A stretch of 64,000 bases of DNA. Source: Eledone cirrhosa. Lineage: Eukaryota. Made by a program: the position numbers and the translations under genes. Location of the stretch: contig OZ024757.1 of NCBI GenBank assembly GCA_964016885.1, positions 868,001 to 932,000 on the forward strand, read 5' to 3'. The first letter of the stretch is position 1. Each line of letters opens with the position of its first letter. This document shows positions 1 through 12,179 of this stretch, one piece after another. Under the pieces are notes generated by a model. That model did not search any database and was not told the DNA's origin. It saw only the letters and a list, made by a program, of their open reading frames with translations.

Positions 1-3000
1 TCACCCTACTAGCTACTGTCTTCACCCTAATAGCTACTGTCTTCACCCTAATGTCACTATCTAATCCTCGTAGCTACTGTTTCCACCCTAATGTCACTAT
101 CACACCCCAGTAGCTATTGTTTCCACTCCAATGTCACTATCTCACCCTAGTAGCTACTGTCTCCACCCTAATGTTACTATCTCACCCTAGTAGATACTGT
201 CTTCACCCCAATGTCACTATCTCACCCTAGTATCTACTCTCTTCACCCCAATGTCACTATCTCAACCTACTAGCTACTGTCTTCACTTTAATAGCTACTG
301 TCTCCACCCCAATGTCACTATCTCACCCTAGTAGCTACTGTCTTCACCCCAATGTCACTATCTCACCCTAGTAGCTATTGTCTCCACCTCAATGTCAATA
401 TCTCACCCTAGTAGCTACTGTCTTCACCCCAATGTCACTATCTCACCCTAGTAGCTCTGTCTTCAACGCAATACACTATTTCAACCTAGTAGCTTCTGAC
501 TTCACCCTAATTTCGCTATCTCACCCTAGTATCTACTGTCTTCACCCTAGTATCTACTGTCTTTACCCCAATGTCACTATCTCACCCTAGTATCTACTGT
601 CTTTACCCCAATGTCACTATCTCACCCTAGTAGCTACTGTCTTTACCCCAATGTCACTATCTCACTCTAGTAGCTACTGTCTTCACCCTAGTAGCTATTG
701 TCTCCACTCCATTGTCACTATCTCAACCTAGTAGCTACTGTCTTAACCCTAATGTCACTATCTCATCCTAGTAGCTACTGTCTTCACCCCAATGTCACTA
801 TCTCACCCTAGTAGCTACTGTCTTTACCCCAATGTCACTATCTCACCCTGCCAGCTACTGTCTTTACCCCAATGTCTTTATCTCACTCTAGTAGCTACTG
901 TCTTTATCCTGGTAGCTATTGTCTCCACCCCAATGTCACCATCTCACCCTAGTAGCTATTGTCTCCACCCCAATGTCACTATCTCAACCAGGTAGCTACT
1001 GTCTTCATCCCAATGTCACTATCTGACCCTAGTAGCTACTGTCTTCACCCCAATGTCACAATCTTACTCTATTAGCTACTGTCTTCACCCTAATAGCTAC
1101 TGTCTCCACCCCAATGTCACTATCTCACCCTAGTAGCTACTGTCTCCACCCCAATGTCACTCTCACCCTAGTAGCTACTGTCTCCACCCCAATGTCACTA
1201 TCTCAACCTTGCACCTACTGACGTCACCCCAATGTCACTATCTCATCCAGTAGCCTCTGTCTTCACCCCAATGTCACTATCTCACCCAGTAGCCTCTGTC
1301 TTCCCCCCAATGTCACTATCTCACCCTAGTAGCTACTGTATTGACCCTAATGTCAGTATCTCACCGTAGTATCTACTCTCTTCACCCTAATGTCACTATC
1401 TCACCCTAGTAGGTACTGTCTCCACCCTAATGTTACTATCTCACCCTAGTAAATACAGTCTTCACCCCAATGTCCGTATTTCACCCTAGTATCTACTCTC
1501 TTCACCCCAATGTCACTATCTCACCCTACTAGCTACTGTCTTCACCCTAATAGCTACTGTCTCCACCCCAATGTCATTATCGTACCCTAGTAGCTATTGT
1601 CTCCACCTCAATGTCAATATCTCACCCTAGTAGCTATTGTCTTCACCCCAATGTCACTATCTCACCCTAGCAGCTCTGTCTTCACCGCAATGTCGCTATC
1701 ACACCCTAGTAGCTACTGACTTCACCCTAATTTCACTATCTCACCCTAGTATCTACTGTCTTGACCCTAGTATCTACTGTCTTTACCCCAATGTCACTAT
1801 CTCACCCTAGTAGCTACTGTCTTTACCCCAATGTCACTATCTCACCCTAGTCGCTCTGTCTTCACCGCAATGTCACTATCACACCCTAGTAGCTACTGAC
1901 TTCACCCTAATTTCACTATCTCACCCTAGTATCTACTGTCTTGACCCTAGTATCTACTGTCTTTACCCCAATGTCACTATCTCATCCTAGTAGCTACTGT
2001 CTTCACCCTAACGTCACTATCTCACCCTAGTAGCTACTGTCTCCAGCCTAATGTCACTATCTCACCCTAGTAGCCACTGTCTTCACCCTAATGTCACTAT
2101 CTCACACTAGTATCTACTGTCTTCACGCCGATGTCACTATCTCACCCTAATAGCTATTGTCTCCACCTCAATGTCACTATCTCACCCTAGTAACTACTGT
2201 CTTCACCCCAATCTCACTATCTCACCCTAGTAGCTACTGTCTCCACCCTAATGTCACTATCACACCCCAGTAGCTACTGTCTTCACCCCGATGTCACTAT
2301 CTCACCCTAGTAGCTATTGTCTCCACCCCAATGTCACTATCACAACCTAGTAGCTACTGTATTCACCATAATGTCAGTATCTCACCGTAGTATCTACTCT
2401 CTTCACCCCAATGTCACTATCTCACCCTAGTAGCTATTGTCTCCACCCTAATGTTACTATGTCACCCTAGTAGATACAGTCTTTACCCCAATGTCACTAT
2501 CTCACCCTAGTATCTACTGTCTTCACCCCAATGTCAGTATCTCACCCTACTAGCTACTGTCTTCACCCTAATAGCTACTGTCTCCACCCCAATGTCATTA
2601 TCTCACCCTAGAAGCTATTGTCTCCACTTCAATGTCAATATCTCACCCTAGTAGCTACTGTCTTCACCTCAATGTCACTATATCACCCTAGATGCTATTG
2701 TCTCCACCCCAATGTCCCTATCTCAGCCTAGTAGCTACTGTCTTCACCCTATTGTCAGTATCTCACCCTAGTAGCCATTGTCTCCACTCCAAAGTCCCTA
2801 TCTCACCCTAGTATCTACCGTCTTCACCCTAGTATCTAATGCCTTTACCCCAATGTCACTATCTCACCCTAGTAGCTACTGTCTTCACCCCAATGTCACT
2901 ATCTCACCCTAGTAGCTACTGTCTCCACCCTAATGTCACCATCACACCCTAGTATCTACTGTCTTCACTCTAATAGCTATTGTCTCCACCCCAATGTCAC

Positions 3001-6000
3001 TATCTCACTCTAGTTGCTACTGTCTTCACCCCAATGTCACTATCTCACCCTAGTAGCTACTGTCTTCCCCCTAATCTCACTATCTCTCCCTTGTAGCTAC
3101 TCTCTTCACCCTAATGTCACTATCTCACCCCAGTAGCTATGGTCTCCACCCCAATATCACTCACACCCTAGTAGCTACTGTATCCACCCTAATGTCACTA
3201 TCTCACACTAGTAGCTATTGTCTCCACCCCAATGTCACTATCTCATCCTACTAGGTACTGTCTTCACCCTAATGTCTATCTCACGCTTGTATCTACTGTC
3301 TTCACCCCAATGTCACTATCTCACACTAATAGCTACTGTCTCCACCCCAATGTCATTATCTCACCCTAGTAGCTTTTGTCTCCACCTCAATGTCAATATC
3401 TCACCCTAGTAGCTACTGACTTCACCCTAATGTCACTATCTCACCGTAGTATCTACTGTCTTCACCCTAGTATCTACTGTCTTCACCCCAATGTCACTAT
3501 CTCACCCTAATAGCTAGTGTCTTCACCCCAATGTCACTATTTCACCCTAGTAGCTACTGTCTCCACCCCAATGTCACTATCTCAACCTAGTAGCCACTGT
3601 CGTCACCCCAATGTCAATATCTCACCCTAGTAGCTACTGTCTCCACACCAATGTCACTATCTCACCCTAGTAGCTACTGTCTTCACCCTAATGTCATTAT
3701 CTCACCCTAGTAGCTACTGTCTTCACCCCAATGTCACTATATAAGCCTAGTAGCTACTGTATTCACCCCGATGTCCCTATCTCACCTTAGTAGCTACAGT
3801 ATTCACCCCGATGTCATTCTCACCCTAGTAGCCATTGTCTCCACCCCAACGTCACTATCTCACCCTAGTATCTACTCTCTTCACCCTAATGTGACTATCT
3901 CACCCTAGTAGCTACTGTCTCCACCCTAATGTTACTATCTCACCCTAGTAAATACAGTCTTCACCCCAATGTCCGTATTTCACCCTAGTATCTACTCTCT
4001 TCACCCCAATGTCACTATCTCACACTACTAGCTACTGTCTTCACCCTAATAGCTACTGTCTCCACCCCAATGTCATTATCGTACCCTAGTAGCTATTGTC
4101 TCCACCTCAATGTCAATATCTCACCCTAGTAGCTATTGTCTTCACCCCAATGTCACTATCTCACCCTAGCAGCTCTGTCTTCACCGCAATGTCACTATCA
4201 CACCCTAGTAGCTACTGACTTTACCCTAATTTCACTATCTCACCCTAGTATCTACTGTCTTGACCCTAGTATCTACTGTCTTTACCCCAATGTCACTATC
4301 TCACCCTAGTAGCTACTGTCTTTACCCCAATGTCACTATCTCACCCTAGTAGCTCTGTCTTCCCCGCAATGTCACTATCACACCCTAGTAGCTACTGACT
4401 TCACCCTAATTTCACTATCTCACCCTAGTATCTACTGTCTTGACCCTAGTATCTACTGTCTTTACCCCAATGTCACTATCTCATCCTAGTAGCTACTGTC
4501 TTCACCCTAACGTCACTATCTCACCCTAGTAGCTACTGTCTCCACCCTAATGTCACTATCTCACCCTAGTAGCCACTGTCTTCACCCTAATGTCACTATC
4601 TCACACTAGTATCTACTGTCTTCACGCCGATGTCACTATCGCACCCTAATAGCTATTGTCTCCACCTCAATGTCACTATCTCACCCTAGTAACTATTGTC
4701 TTCACCCCAATCTCACTATCTCACCCTAGTAACTATTGTCTTCACCCCAATCTCACTATCTCACCCTAGTAGCTACTGTCTCTACCCCAATGTCACTATC
4801 TCACCCTAGTAGCTATTGTCTCCACCTCAATGTCACTATCTCACCCTAGTAACTATTGTTTTCACCCCAATCTCACTATCTCACCCTAGTAGCTACTGTC
4901 TCCACCCTAATGTCACTATCACACCCCAGTAGCTACTGTCTTCACCCTAATGTCACTATCTCACCCCAGTAGCTATGGTCTCCACCCCAATGTCACTCTC
5001 ACCCTAATGGCTATTGTCTCCACCCCAATGTCATTATCTCACCCTAGTAGCTACTGTCTTCACTCCAATGTCACTATCTCACCCTAGTAGCTACTGTCTT
5101 CACCCTAATGTCACTATCTCACCCTAGTAGCTACTGTCTCCACCCTAATGTCACTATCACACCCCAGTAGCTATTGTCTCCACCCAATGTCACTATCTCA
5201 CCCTAGTAGCTACTGTATTGACCCTAATGTCAGTATCTCACCGTAGTATCTACTCTCTTCACCCCAATGTCACTATTTCACCCTAGTAGGTACTGTCTCC
5301 ACCCTAATGTTACTATCTCACCCTAGTAGCCACTGTCTTCACCCTAATGTCACTATCTCACACTAGTATCTACTGTCTTCACGCCGATGTCACTATCTCA
5401 CCCTAATAGCTATTGTCTCTACCCCAATGTCACTATCACACCCTAGTAGCTACTGTATTCACCATAATGTCAGTATCTCACCGTAGTATCTACTCTCTTC
5501 ACCCCAATGTCACTATCTCACCCTAGTAGCTATTGTCTCCACCCTAATGTTACTATGTCACCCTAGTAGATACAGTCTTTACCCCAATGTCACTATCTCA
5601 CCCTAGTATCTACTGTCTTCACCCCAATGTCAGTATCTCACCCTACTAGCTACTGTCTTCACCCTAGTAGCTACTGTCTCCACCCCAATGTCATTATCTC
5701 ACCCTAGAAGCTATTGTCTCCACTCCAATGTCAATATCTCACCCTAGTAGCTACTGTCTTCACCTCAATGTCACTATATCACCCTAGATGCTATTGTCTC
5801 CACCCCAATGTCCCTATCTCAGCCTAGTAGCTACTGTCTTCACCCTATTGTCAGTATCTCACCCTAGTAGCCATTGTCTCCACTCCAAAGTCCCTATCTC
5901 ACCCTAGTATCTACCGTCTTCACCCTAGTATCTAATGTCTTTACCCCAATGTCACTATCTCACCCTAGTAGCTACTGTCTTCTCCCCAATGTCACTATCT

Positions 6001-7174
6001 CACCCTAGTAGCTACTGTCTCCACCCTAATGTCACCATCACACCCTAGTATCTACTGTCTTCACTCTAATAGCTATTGTCTCCACCCCAATGTCACTATC
6101 TCACTCTAGTTGCTACTGTCTTCACCCCAATGTCACTATCTCACCCTAGTAGCTACTGTCTTCCCCCTAATCTCACTATCTCACCCTTGTAGCCACTGTC
6201 TTCACCCTAATGTCACTATCTCACACTAGTATCTACTGTCTTCACGCCGATGTCACTATCTCACCCTAATAGCTATTGTCTCTACCCCAATGTCACTATC
6301 TCACCCTAGTAGCTATTGTCTCCACCCCAATGTCACTATCTCATCCTACTAGGTACTGTCTTCACCCTAATGTCTATCTCACGCTTGTATCTACTGTCTT
6401 CACCCCAATGTCACTATCTCACCCTAATAGTTTCTGTCTTCACCCCATTGTCACTATCTCACTCTACTAGGTACTGTCTTCACACTAATAGCTACTGTCT
6501 CCACCCCAATGTCATTATCTCACCCTAGTAGCTTTTGTCTCCACCTCAATGTCAATATCTCACCCTAGTAGCTACTGACTTCACCCTAATGTCACTATCT
6601 CACCGTAGTATCTACTGTCTTCACCCTAGTATCTACTGTCTTCACCCCAATGTCACTATCTCACCCTAATAGCTAGTGTCTTCACCCCAATGTCACTATC
6701 TCACCCTAGTAGTTACTGTCTCCACCCCAATGTCACTATTTCACCCTAGTAGCTACTGTCTCCACCCCAATGTCACTATCTCAACCTAGTAGCCACTGTC
6801 GTCACCCCAATGTCAATATCTCACCCTAGTAGCTACTGTCTCCACACCAATGTCACTATCTCACCCTAGTAGCTACTGTCTTCACCCTAATGTCATTATC
6901 TCACCCTAGTAGCTACTGTCTTCACCCCAATGTCACTATATAAGCCTAGTAGCTACTGTATTCACCCCGATGTCCCTATCTCACCTTAGTAGCTACAGTA
7001 TTCACCCCGATGTCATTCTCACCCTAGTAGCCATTGTCTCCACCCCAATGTCACTATCTCACCCTAGTATCTACTCTCTTCACCCTAATGTGACTATCTC
7101 ACCCTAGTAGCTACTGTCTCCACCCTAATGTCACTATCACTCCCCAGTAGTTATTGTCTCCACCCCAATGTCAC
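1..7174. repeat. 40-bp satellite array (left), consensus TCACCCTAGTAGCTACTGTCTTCACCCCAATGTCACTATC
   Basis: Continuous tandem 40-bp units with point variants and occasional half-unit indels; ends abruptly at ...CCCCAATGTCAC|ATACTGCC (~7174). Confidence 0.98.
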
Positions 7175-7967
7175 ATACTGCCTAGCCAGAAGAATTTGTA
7201 CCATTGTAGAAGATACGAATACCAGGTACAAACGCCTAACAGAACTAAGAGAATTTTTGCTCAAACAAAAATACCCATCTCTACTTATAGAAAATGGCAT
7301 ACAGCGGGCTATAAAAATACCTATACAACAACTTAGAACAACCCAAGGAAGAAGAAACCAAGAACTGGTCATACCATTTATAATGACACACAACCCATGT
7401 CACCAGAATATCTTCAACACTGCCAAAGGAAACCTACCGATCATTGCTCAAAGTAATGAATTAAAAGGCTTAATCACAGATCGATCTTTGACTCTTAGTA
7501 AAAGACAGCCAAAAAATTTGAAGCAATTGCTAACAAAAGCAAAGTTTGACCTTAACAACAAAGACCAATCATTCACTGTATCTAAATGCAATGATAATCG
7601 ATGCGGCACATATCAATCCATACACGCCGGTCAATATATGAAAACAAAAACTGGAAAAATATTCCCAAATGCAAATATGAACTGCAAAAGCAGAAATCTA
7701 ATTTACTGCATTAAATGCCCCAATTGTGAAGAACTATATGTCGGTCAAACTGGAAATGCACTATCGGAACGTGCACGGGTACACCGTCAACAAATCAGAG
7801 ACCCAAATGTCCGTCAGATACCCCTAAGCGGCCACCTGGCAACATGTGGTCAGGGAATATTTATAATATTCCCATTCTACAAATTACACAGCCCAAGTGA
7901 AATCAAGAGAAAAATCAAAGAAAAGAATTTTATTGATAAATTCAAACCCAAGCTAAATGAACAATAA
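7128..7967 (+). CDS. 279-aa open frame: satellite-derived N-terminus (~15 aa) joined to PLE linker + GIY-YIG endonuclease
   Basis: ORF track; ATG lies inside the last satellite units; no stops through the nuclease domain. Expression unknown. Confidence 0.5.
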   Translation: MSLSLPSSYCLHPNVTYCLARRICTIVEDTNTRYKRLTELREFLLKQKYPSLLIENGIQRAIKIPIQQLRTTQGRRNQELVIPFIMTHNPCHQNIFNTAKGNLPIIAQSNELKGLITDRSLTLSKRQPKNLKQLLTKAKFDLNNKDQSFTVSKCNDNRCGTYQSIHAGQYMKTKTGKIFPNANMNCKSRNLIYCIKCPNCEELYVGQTGNALSERARVHRQQIRDPNVRQIPLSGHLATCGQGIFIIFPFYKLHSPSEIKRKIKEKNFIDKFKPKLNEQ

Positions 7968-8169
7968 TAACGCCTAGGGGTATTACTTCTACTACCACTA
8001 TGACCACGACCACTAACAACAACAACAACAACAATAATAATAATAATAAAAGTGATGTTGATGGTGATGATTAATAGAAAATGCTATTTTCATCATTTCA
8101 AAAAGCAAAACAATTGATACGTTGGATATGACTATTGGTCGTTAGCATGCTCAACCAGCCGTGACGCTT

Positions 8170-8280
8170 AAACCAATCAGCTGTAGTAATTCAGTGAAAC
8201 TACACACTGATTGGTCGAAATACAGTTTACAGGGCTTTGCATTCTGGAGCCACTTTTCTCTGTATAAAATCTATAAAAGG
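8170..8280 (+). promoter_or_regulatory. Candidate Pol II promoter in the PLE repeat: inverted CCAAT pair plus TATA boxes
   Basis: ACCAATCAG-CTGTAGT ... ACTACA-CA-CTGATTGGT imperfect palindrome (~8172-8216), then TATAAAA twice (~8263-8278). Confidence 0.45.
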
Positions 8281-8341
8281 TAGGAAATTTACCCATCTCA
8301 TTACAGTTGAAAATTGCAAACTCGACTGTCACCACATATCA

Positions 8342-8380
8342 TGAACCTGAAGATTGCGAAAGCATGAAAGTACTTGTTCA
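8342..8380 (+). ncRNA. Minimal type-I hammerhead ribozyme motif (PLE type)
   Basis: TGAAC-CTGAAGA-T-TGC-GAAA-GCA-T-GAAA-GTAC-TT-GTTCA: stem I TGAAC/GTTCA, core CUGANGA and GAAA, stem II with GAAA loop (closing pair is a U-U mismatch), palindromic GTAC in helix III. Confidence 0.8.
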
Positions 8381-8549
8381 ATTAACACTTAGAATGTAAT
8401 ATTCTATCATACTATTTCATTATAATACCATTATATTATATATATTTTAAAGGATTGTAAATAAAACGAGTAAATCAGACAAAGTTGGAATTCCTCTTAT
8501 TAATATAATCTTCTATACACAATCATACACACCCGTGTATATTTACCTA

Positions 8550-8672
<123 letters not shown>

Positions 8673-8677
8673 GTGTT

Positions 8678-8980
8678 CTTAGTGGTTAGGGCATTGGGCT
8701 AGCAATCGACAAGTTGTGAGTTCAATTCTCAGACCGCGTGATGTGTTGTTTCCTTGAGCAAGACACTTTATTTCACATTGCTCCAGTTTACTCAGCTGGG
8801 GTCCCTATCATTCCACTGCAAAGTCTTCGTGGAGGTGTCACGGCAAAGAAGCACCCAGCACACCCTGTAAATGAGGTTGGTGTTAGGAAGGGCATCCAGC
8901 TGTAGAAATCAAGCCAGAATCAGTTCCCGTCCCACCCTTGCAAGCAGGGAAAAGTGGACGTAAAATGATGATGATGATGA
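8678..8980 (+). mobile_element. tRNA-derived SINE with RTE-LINE-like 3' tail
   Basis: A-box-like TAGTGGTTAGGG, B-box-like GAGTTCAATTC (8718), core TCCTTGAGCAAGACACTT; tail GTTAGGAAGGGCATCCAGCTGTAGAAA...(GAT)n matches the 3' end of the RTE element at ~29910-30065 (minus). Confidence 0.75.
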
Positions 8981-9035
8981 TATATATATGTGTGTGTGTG
9001 TGTGTATATATTTATATATATATATAAGTATATAA

Positions 9036-9120
9036 ATAAGGTAAAGGAGATTCTCTGGAGAGGAGCAATTATAGGAGTATAAAACTGATGGATCAGGTTA
9101 TGAAAGTGGCAGAAAAGATA
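9036..9120 (+). mobile_element. Short RTE RT fragment
   Basis: Encodes KGDSLERSNYRSIKLMDQVMKVAEK, like KGDALDRGNYRGIKLVDQVMKVTER in the 31538-31945 ORF. Confidence 0.7.
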
Positions 9121-9249
9121 GTGTCCAACAAGGAATATCCAGACTGCTAACAGATCCATTTTTAATAGTAAAGCTGGATATTATAATGGAGCGTTACATA
9201 AAGCAACATATACAAATAATATTGAATATGTAGAAAAAAATGGTAGATG

Positions 9250-9665
9250 TGGTCGTGTCAGTGGTGGTGGTGGTGGTGTGCCAGTGGTGGTTGTAGTGGT
9301 GGTGTGTCAGTGGTAGTGCTGGTGTGTCAGTGGTGGTTGTAGTGGTGGTCTGTCAGTGGTAATGGTGGTGTGTCAGTGGTGGTGGTGGTGGTGGTGGTGG
9401 TAATGTGTCAATGGTAGTAGTGCTGGTGTGTCAGTAGTGGTAGTGTGTCAGTAGTGGTGTGTCAGTGGTAGTGGTGGTGTGTCAGTGGTAGTGCTGGTGT
9501 GTCAGTGGTGGTGGTGGTGTGGTAGTGGTGTTGTGTCAGTGGTAGTAGTGCTGGTGTGTCAGTAGTGGTAGTGTGTCACTGGTGGTGTGTCAGTGGTAGT
9601 GGTGGTGTGTCAGTGGTGGTGGTGGTGGTGTGTCAGTGGTGGTGGTGGTGGTGGTGGTAGTGTTA
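9250..9665. repeat. Degenerate (GTG)n / GTGTCAGTGGT low-complexity repeat
   Basis: Recurring GTGTCAGTGGT motif separated by variable GGT/AGT triplets. Confidence 0.9.
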
Positions 9666-9751
9666 CAGGTAAGGTAGGTTGGTGTTGTCAACAGTTACAG
9701 TGACTGTGTTGTTGTCCGTGTGAAAGGGAAGTTGAAGGAAATATTACTACT

Positions 9752-10701
9752 GGGGGAGGAGTACAGAACCAGAGAGAGTGGGGGAGGACTACAGAACCAG
9801 AGAGAGGGGGGAGGACTACAGAACCAGAGAGAGAGGGGGAGGACTACAGAACCAGAGAGAGAGGGGAGGACTACAGAACCAGAGAGAGAGGTGGAGGACT
9901 ACAGAACCAGAGAGAGAGGGGGACTACAGAACCAGAGAGTGAGGGGGAGGCCTACAGAACCAGAGAGAGAGGGGGAGGACTACAGAACCAGAGAGAGAGG
10001 GGAGGATTACAGAAACAGAGAGAGAGGTGGATGATTACAGTGCCAGAGAGAGAGAGGACTACAGAACCAGAGAGAGAGGGGGAGGACTACAGAACCAGAG
10101 AGAGAGGGGGGACTACAGAACCAGAGAGTGAGGGGGAGGACTACAGAACCAGAGAGAGAGGGGGAGGACTACAGAACCAGAGAGAGTGGGGGAGGACTAC
10201 AGAACCAGAGAGAGAGGGGGAGGACTACAGAACCAGAGAGAGAGGGGGAGACTACAGAACCAGAGAGAGAGGGGGAGGACTACAGAACCAGAGAGAGAGG
10301 GGAGGACTACAGAACCAGAGAGAGAGGTGGAGGACTACAGAGCCAGAGCGAGAGGGGGAGGACTACAGAGCCAGAGAGAGAGGGGGAGGACTACAGAACC
10401 AGAGAGAGAGGGGGAGACTACAGAACCAGAGAGAGAGGGGGAGGACTACAGAACCAGAGAGAGAGGGGAGGACTACAGAACCAGAGAGAGAGGTGGAGGA
10501 CTACAGAGCCAGAGCGAGAGGGGGAGGACTACAGAGCCAGAGAGAGAGGGAGAAGACTACAGAGCCAGAGAGAGAGGGAGAGGACTACAGAACCAGATAG
10601 AGAGGGGGAGGACTACAGAGCCAGAGAGAGAGGGGGAGGACTACAGAACCAGAGAGAGAGGGGGGACTACAGAACCAGAGAGAGAGGGGGAGGACTACAG
10701 A
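9752..10701. repeat. Purine-rich ~28-30-bp minisatellite GGAGGACTACAGAACCAGAGAGAGAGGG
   Basis: About 30 tandem units varying in G/GA run length; explains ORFs 9720-10727. Confidence 0.96.
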
Positions 10702-10737
10702 GCAGTGGTTGGTTGCAAATAAAGTAGTGAGAGATGA

Positions 10738-11686
10738 TGAGAGGGGGGGGGGGGTCAGAAAAGTGGATACATGAGAGAAGGGGGCAGAAGAGTTGATACA
10801 TGAGAGAGGGAGGACAGAAGAGTGTATACATGAGAGAGGGGGGACAGAAGAGTGGATACATGAGAGAGGGGAGGACAGAAGAGTGGATACATGAGAGAGG
10901 GAGTGGTCGGAAGAGTGGATACATGAGAGAGGGGGGGGACAGAAGAGTGGATACATGAGAGAGGGAGTGGTCAGAAGAGTGGATACATGAGAGAGGGAGT
11001 GGTCGGAAGAGTGGATACATGAGAGAGGGGGGGGGACAGAAGAGTGGATACATGAGAGAGGGAGTGGTCAGAAGAGTGGATACATGAGAGAGGGAGTGGT
11101 CAGAAGAGTGGATACATGAGAGAGTGGGGAAGAGGAGTGGATACATGAGAGAGGGGGGGGGACAGAAGAGTGGATACATGAGAGAGGGGGGGACAGAAGA
11201 GTGGATACATGAGAGAGGGTGTGGTCAGAAGAGTGGATACATGAGAGAGGGGGGACAGAAGAGTGGATACATGAGAGAGGGGGGACAGAAGAGTGGATAC
11301 ATGAGAGAGGGGGGACAGAAGAGTGGATACATGAGAGAGGGGGGGACAGAAGAGTGGATACATGAGAGAGGGAGTGGTCAGAAGAGTGTATACATGAGAG
11401 AGGGAGTGGTCAGAAGAGTGTATACATGAGAGAGATGTGGTCAGAAGAGTGTATACATGAGAGAGGGGGGGGGACAGAAGAGTGGATACATGAGAGAGGG
11501 GGTGACAGAAGAGTGTATACATGAGAGAGGGGGTGACAGAAGAGTGTATACATGAGAGAGGGGGGACAGAAGAGTGTATACATGAGAGAGGGGGGGGCAG
11601 AAGAGTGGATACATGAGAGAGGGGGGGACAGAAGAGTGGATACATGAGAGAGGGGGTGACAGAAGAGTGTATACATGAGAGAGGGG
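10738..11686. repeat. Purine-rich ~31-33-bp minisatellite ACAGAAGAGTGGATACATGAGAGAGGGGGG
   Basis: About 30 tandem units with two linker variants (GGGGGGAC vs GGAGTGGTC). Confidence 0.96.
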
Positions 11687-11992
11687 ATATTTTATATGTA
11701 TATAGTACTAGACCACCCTTGACCCAAGAGGTCACGTTCACTTCAAAATGTTTTAAAAATCATTTACTTAAAAATATTTCGTTTCTGAATTTGTTTAGCA
11801 AGATTCTTTATCTGAAATCGTGTGTTGAAACCGATATTGTTATACTTTGGGAGGGTCATGTTGCCAATAAGAAACACACGCACCAGTTGCTTTCACTTCA
11901 ATTTAATTTAATATATATTTATAAATTTACAAATTTATAAATTTCTGGTTGGTTGGTTGGTTCCACAACCAGATAGTTGTTTATATATATAT

Positions 11993-12037
11993 AGTCATAG
12001 TTCTTTCGTCACACACTCTGTGACCTCTTCAGTGACT
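11993..12037 (-). ncRNA. Mirror copy of the hammerhead-like motif (left arm)
   Basis: Exact reverse complement of 12135-12179. Confidence 0.7.
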
Positions 12038-12134
12038 GGGGATTTCTTTCTTCGTTTCTGTGCCTTTCCTTTCTTTGAAAAAATGGCGTAGGATAGAAGA
12101 AAGGAAAGGCACAGAAACGAAGAAAGAAATCCCC

Positions 12135-12179
12135 AGTCACTGAAGAGGTCACAGAGTGTGTGACGAAAGAACTATGACT
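12135..12179 (+). ncRNA. Minimal hammerhead ribozyme-like motif (right arm of palindrome)
   Basis: AGTCA-CTGAAGA-G-GTCACA-GAGTG-TGTGAC-GAAA-GAAC-TA-TGACT: stem I AGTCA/TGACT, 6-bp stem II; one extra G after the core and a non-palindromic GAAC loop are non-canonical. Confidence 0.7.

Larger units (their letters stand above)
7175..8520 (+). mobile_element. 5'-truncated Penelope-like retroelement: RT C-terminus/linker, GIY-YIG endonuclease and 3' repeat (pLTR-like) region
   Basis: Translation ARRICTIV...LKQKYP (PLE RT C-terminal region), Cys-rich linker CNDNRCGT, nuclease NLIYCIKCPNC..YVGQT...ER..H...E...LN; hammerhead motif downstream. 3' boundary approximate. Confidence 0.88.

Noticed and set aside
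378-6528. Short 'MSLSHPSS/MSPPQCHY' ORFs (also 41200-63839)
   Set aside because: Chance frames of the 40-bp satellite; the last ones run through Ns.
8678-8740. tRNA gene
   Set aside because: Only A/B-box remnants of a SINE head; no cloverleaf.
9720-11741. Repetitive ORFs (TTEPERE, SCIHSS etc.)
   Set aside because: Open in several frames and strands of minisatellites; no coding signature.
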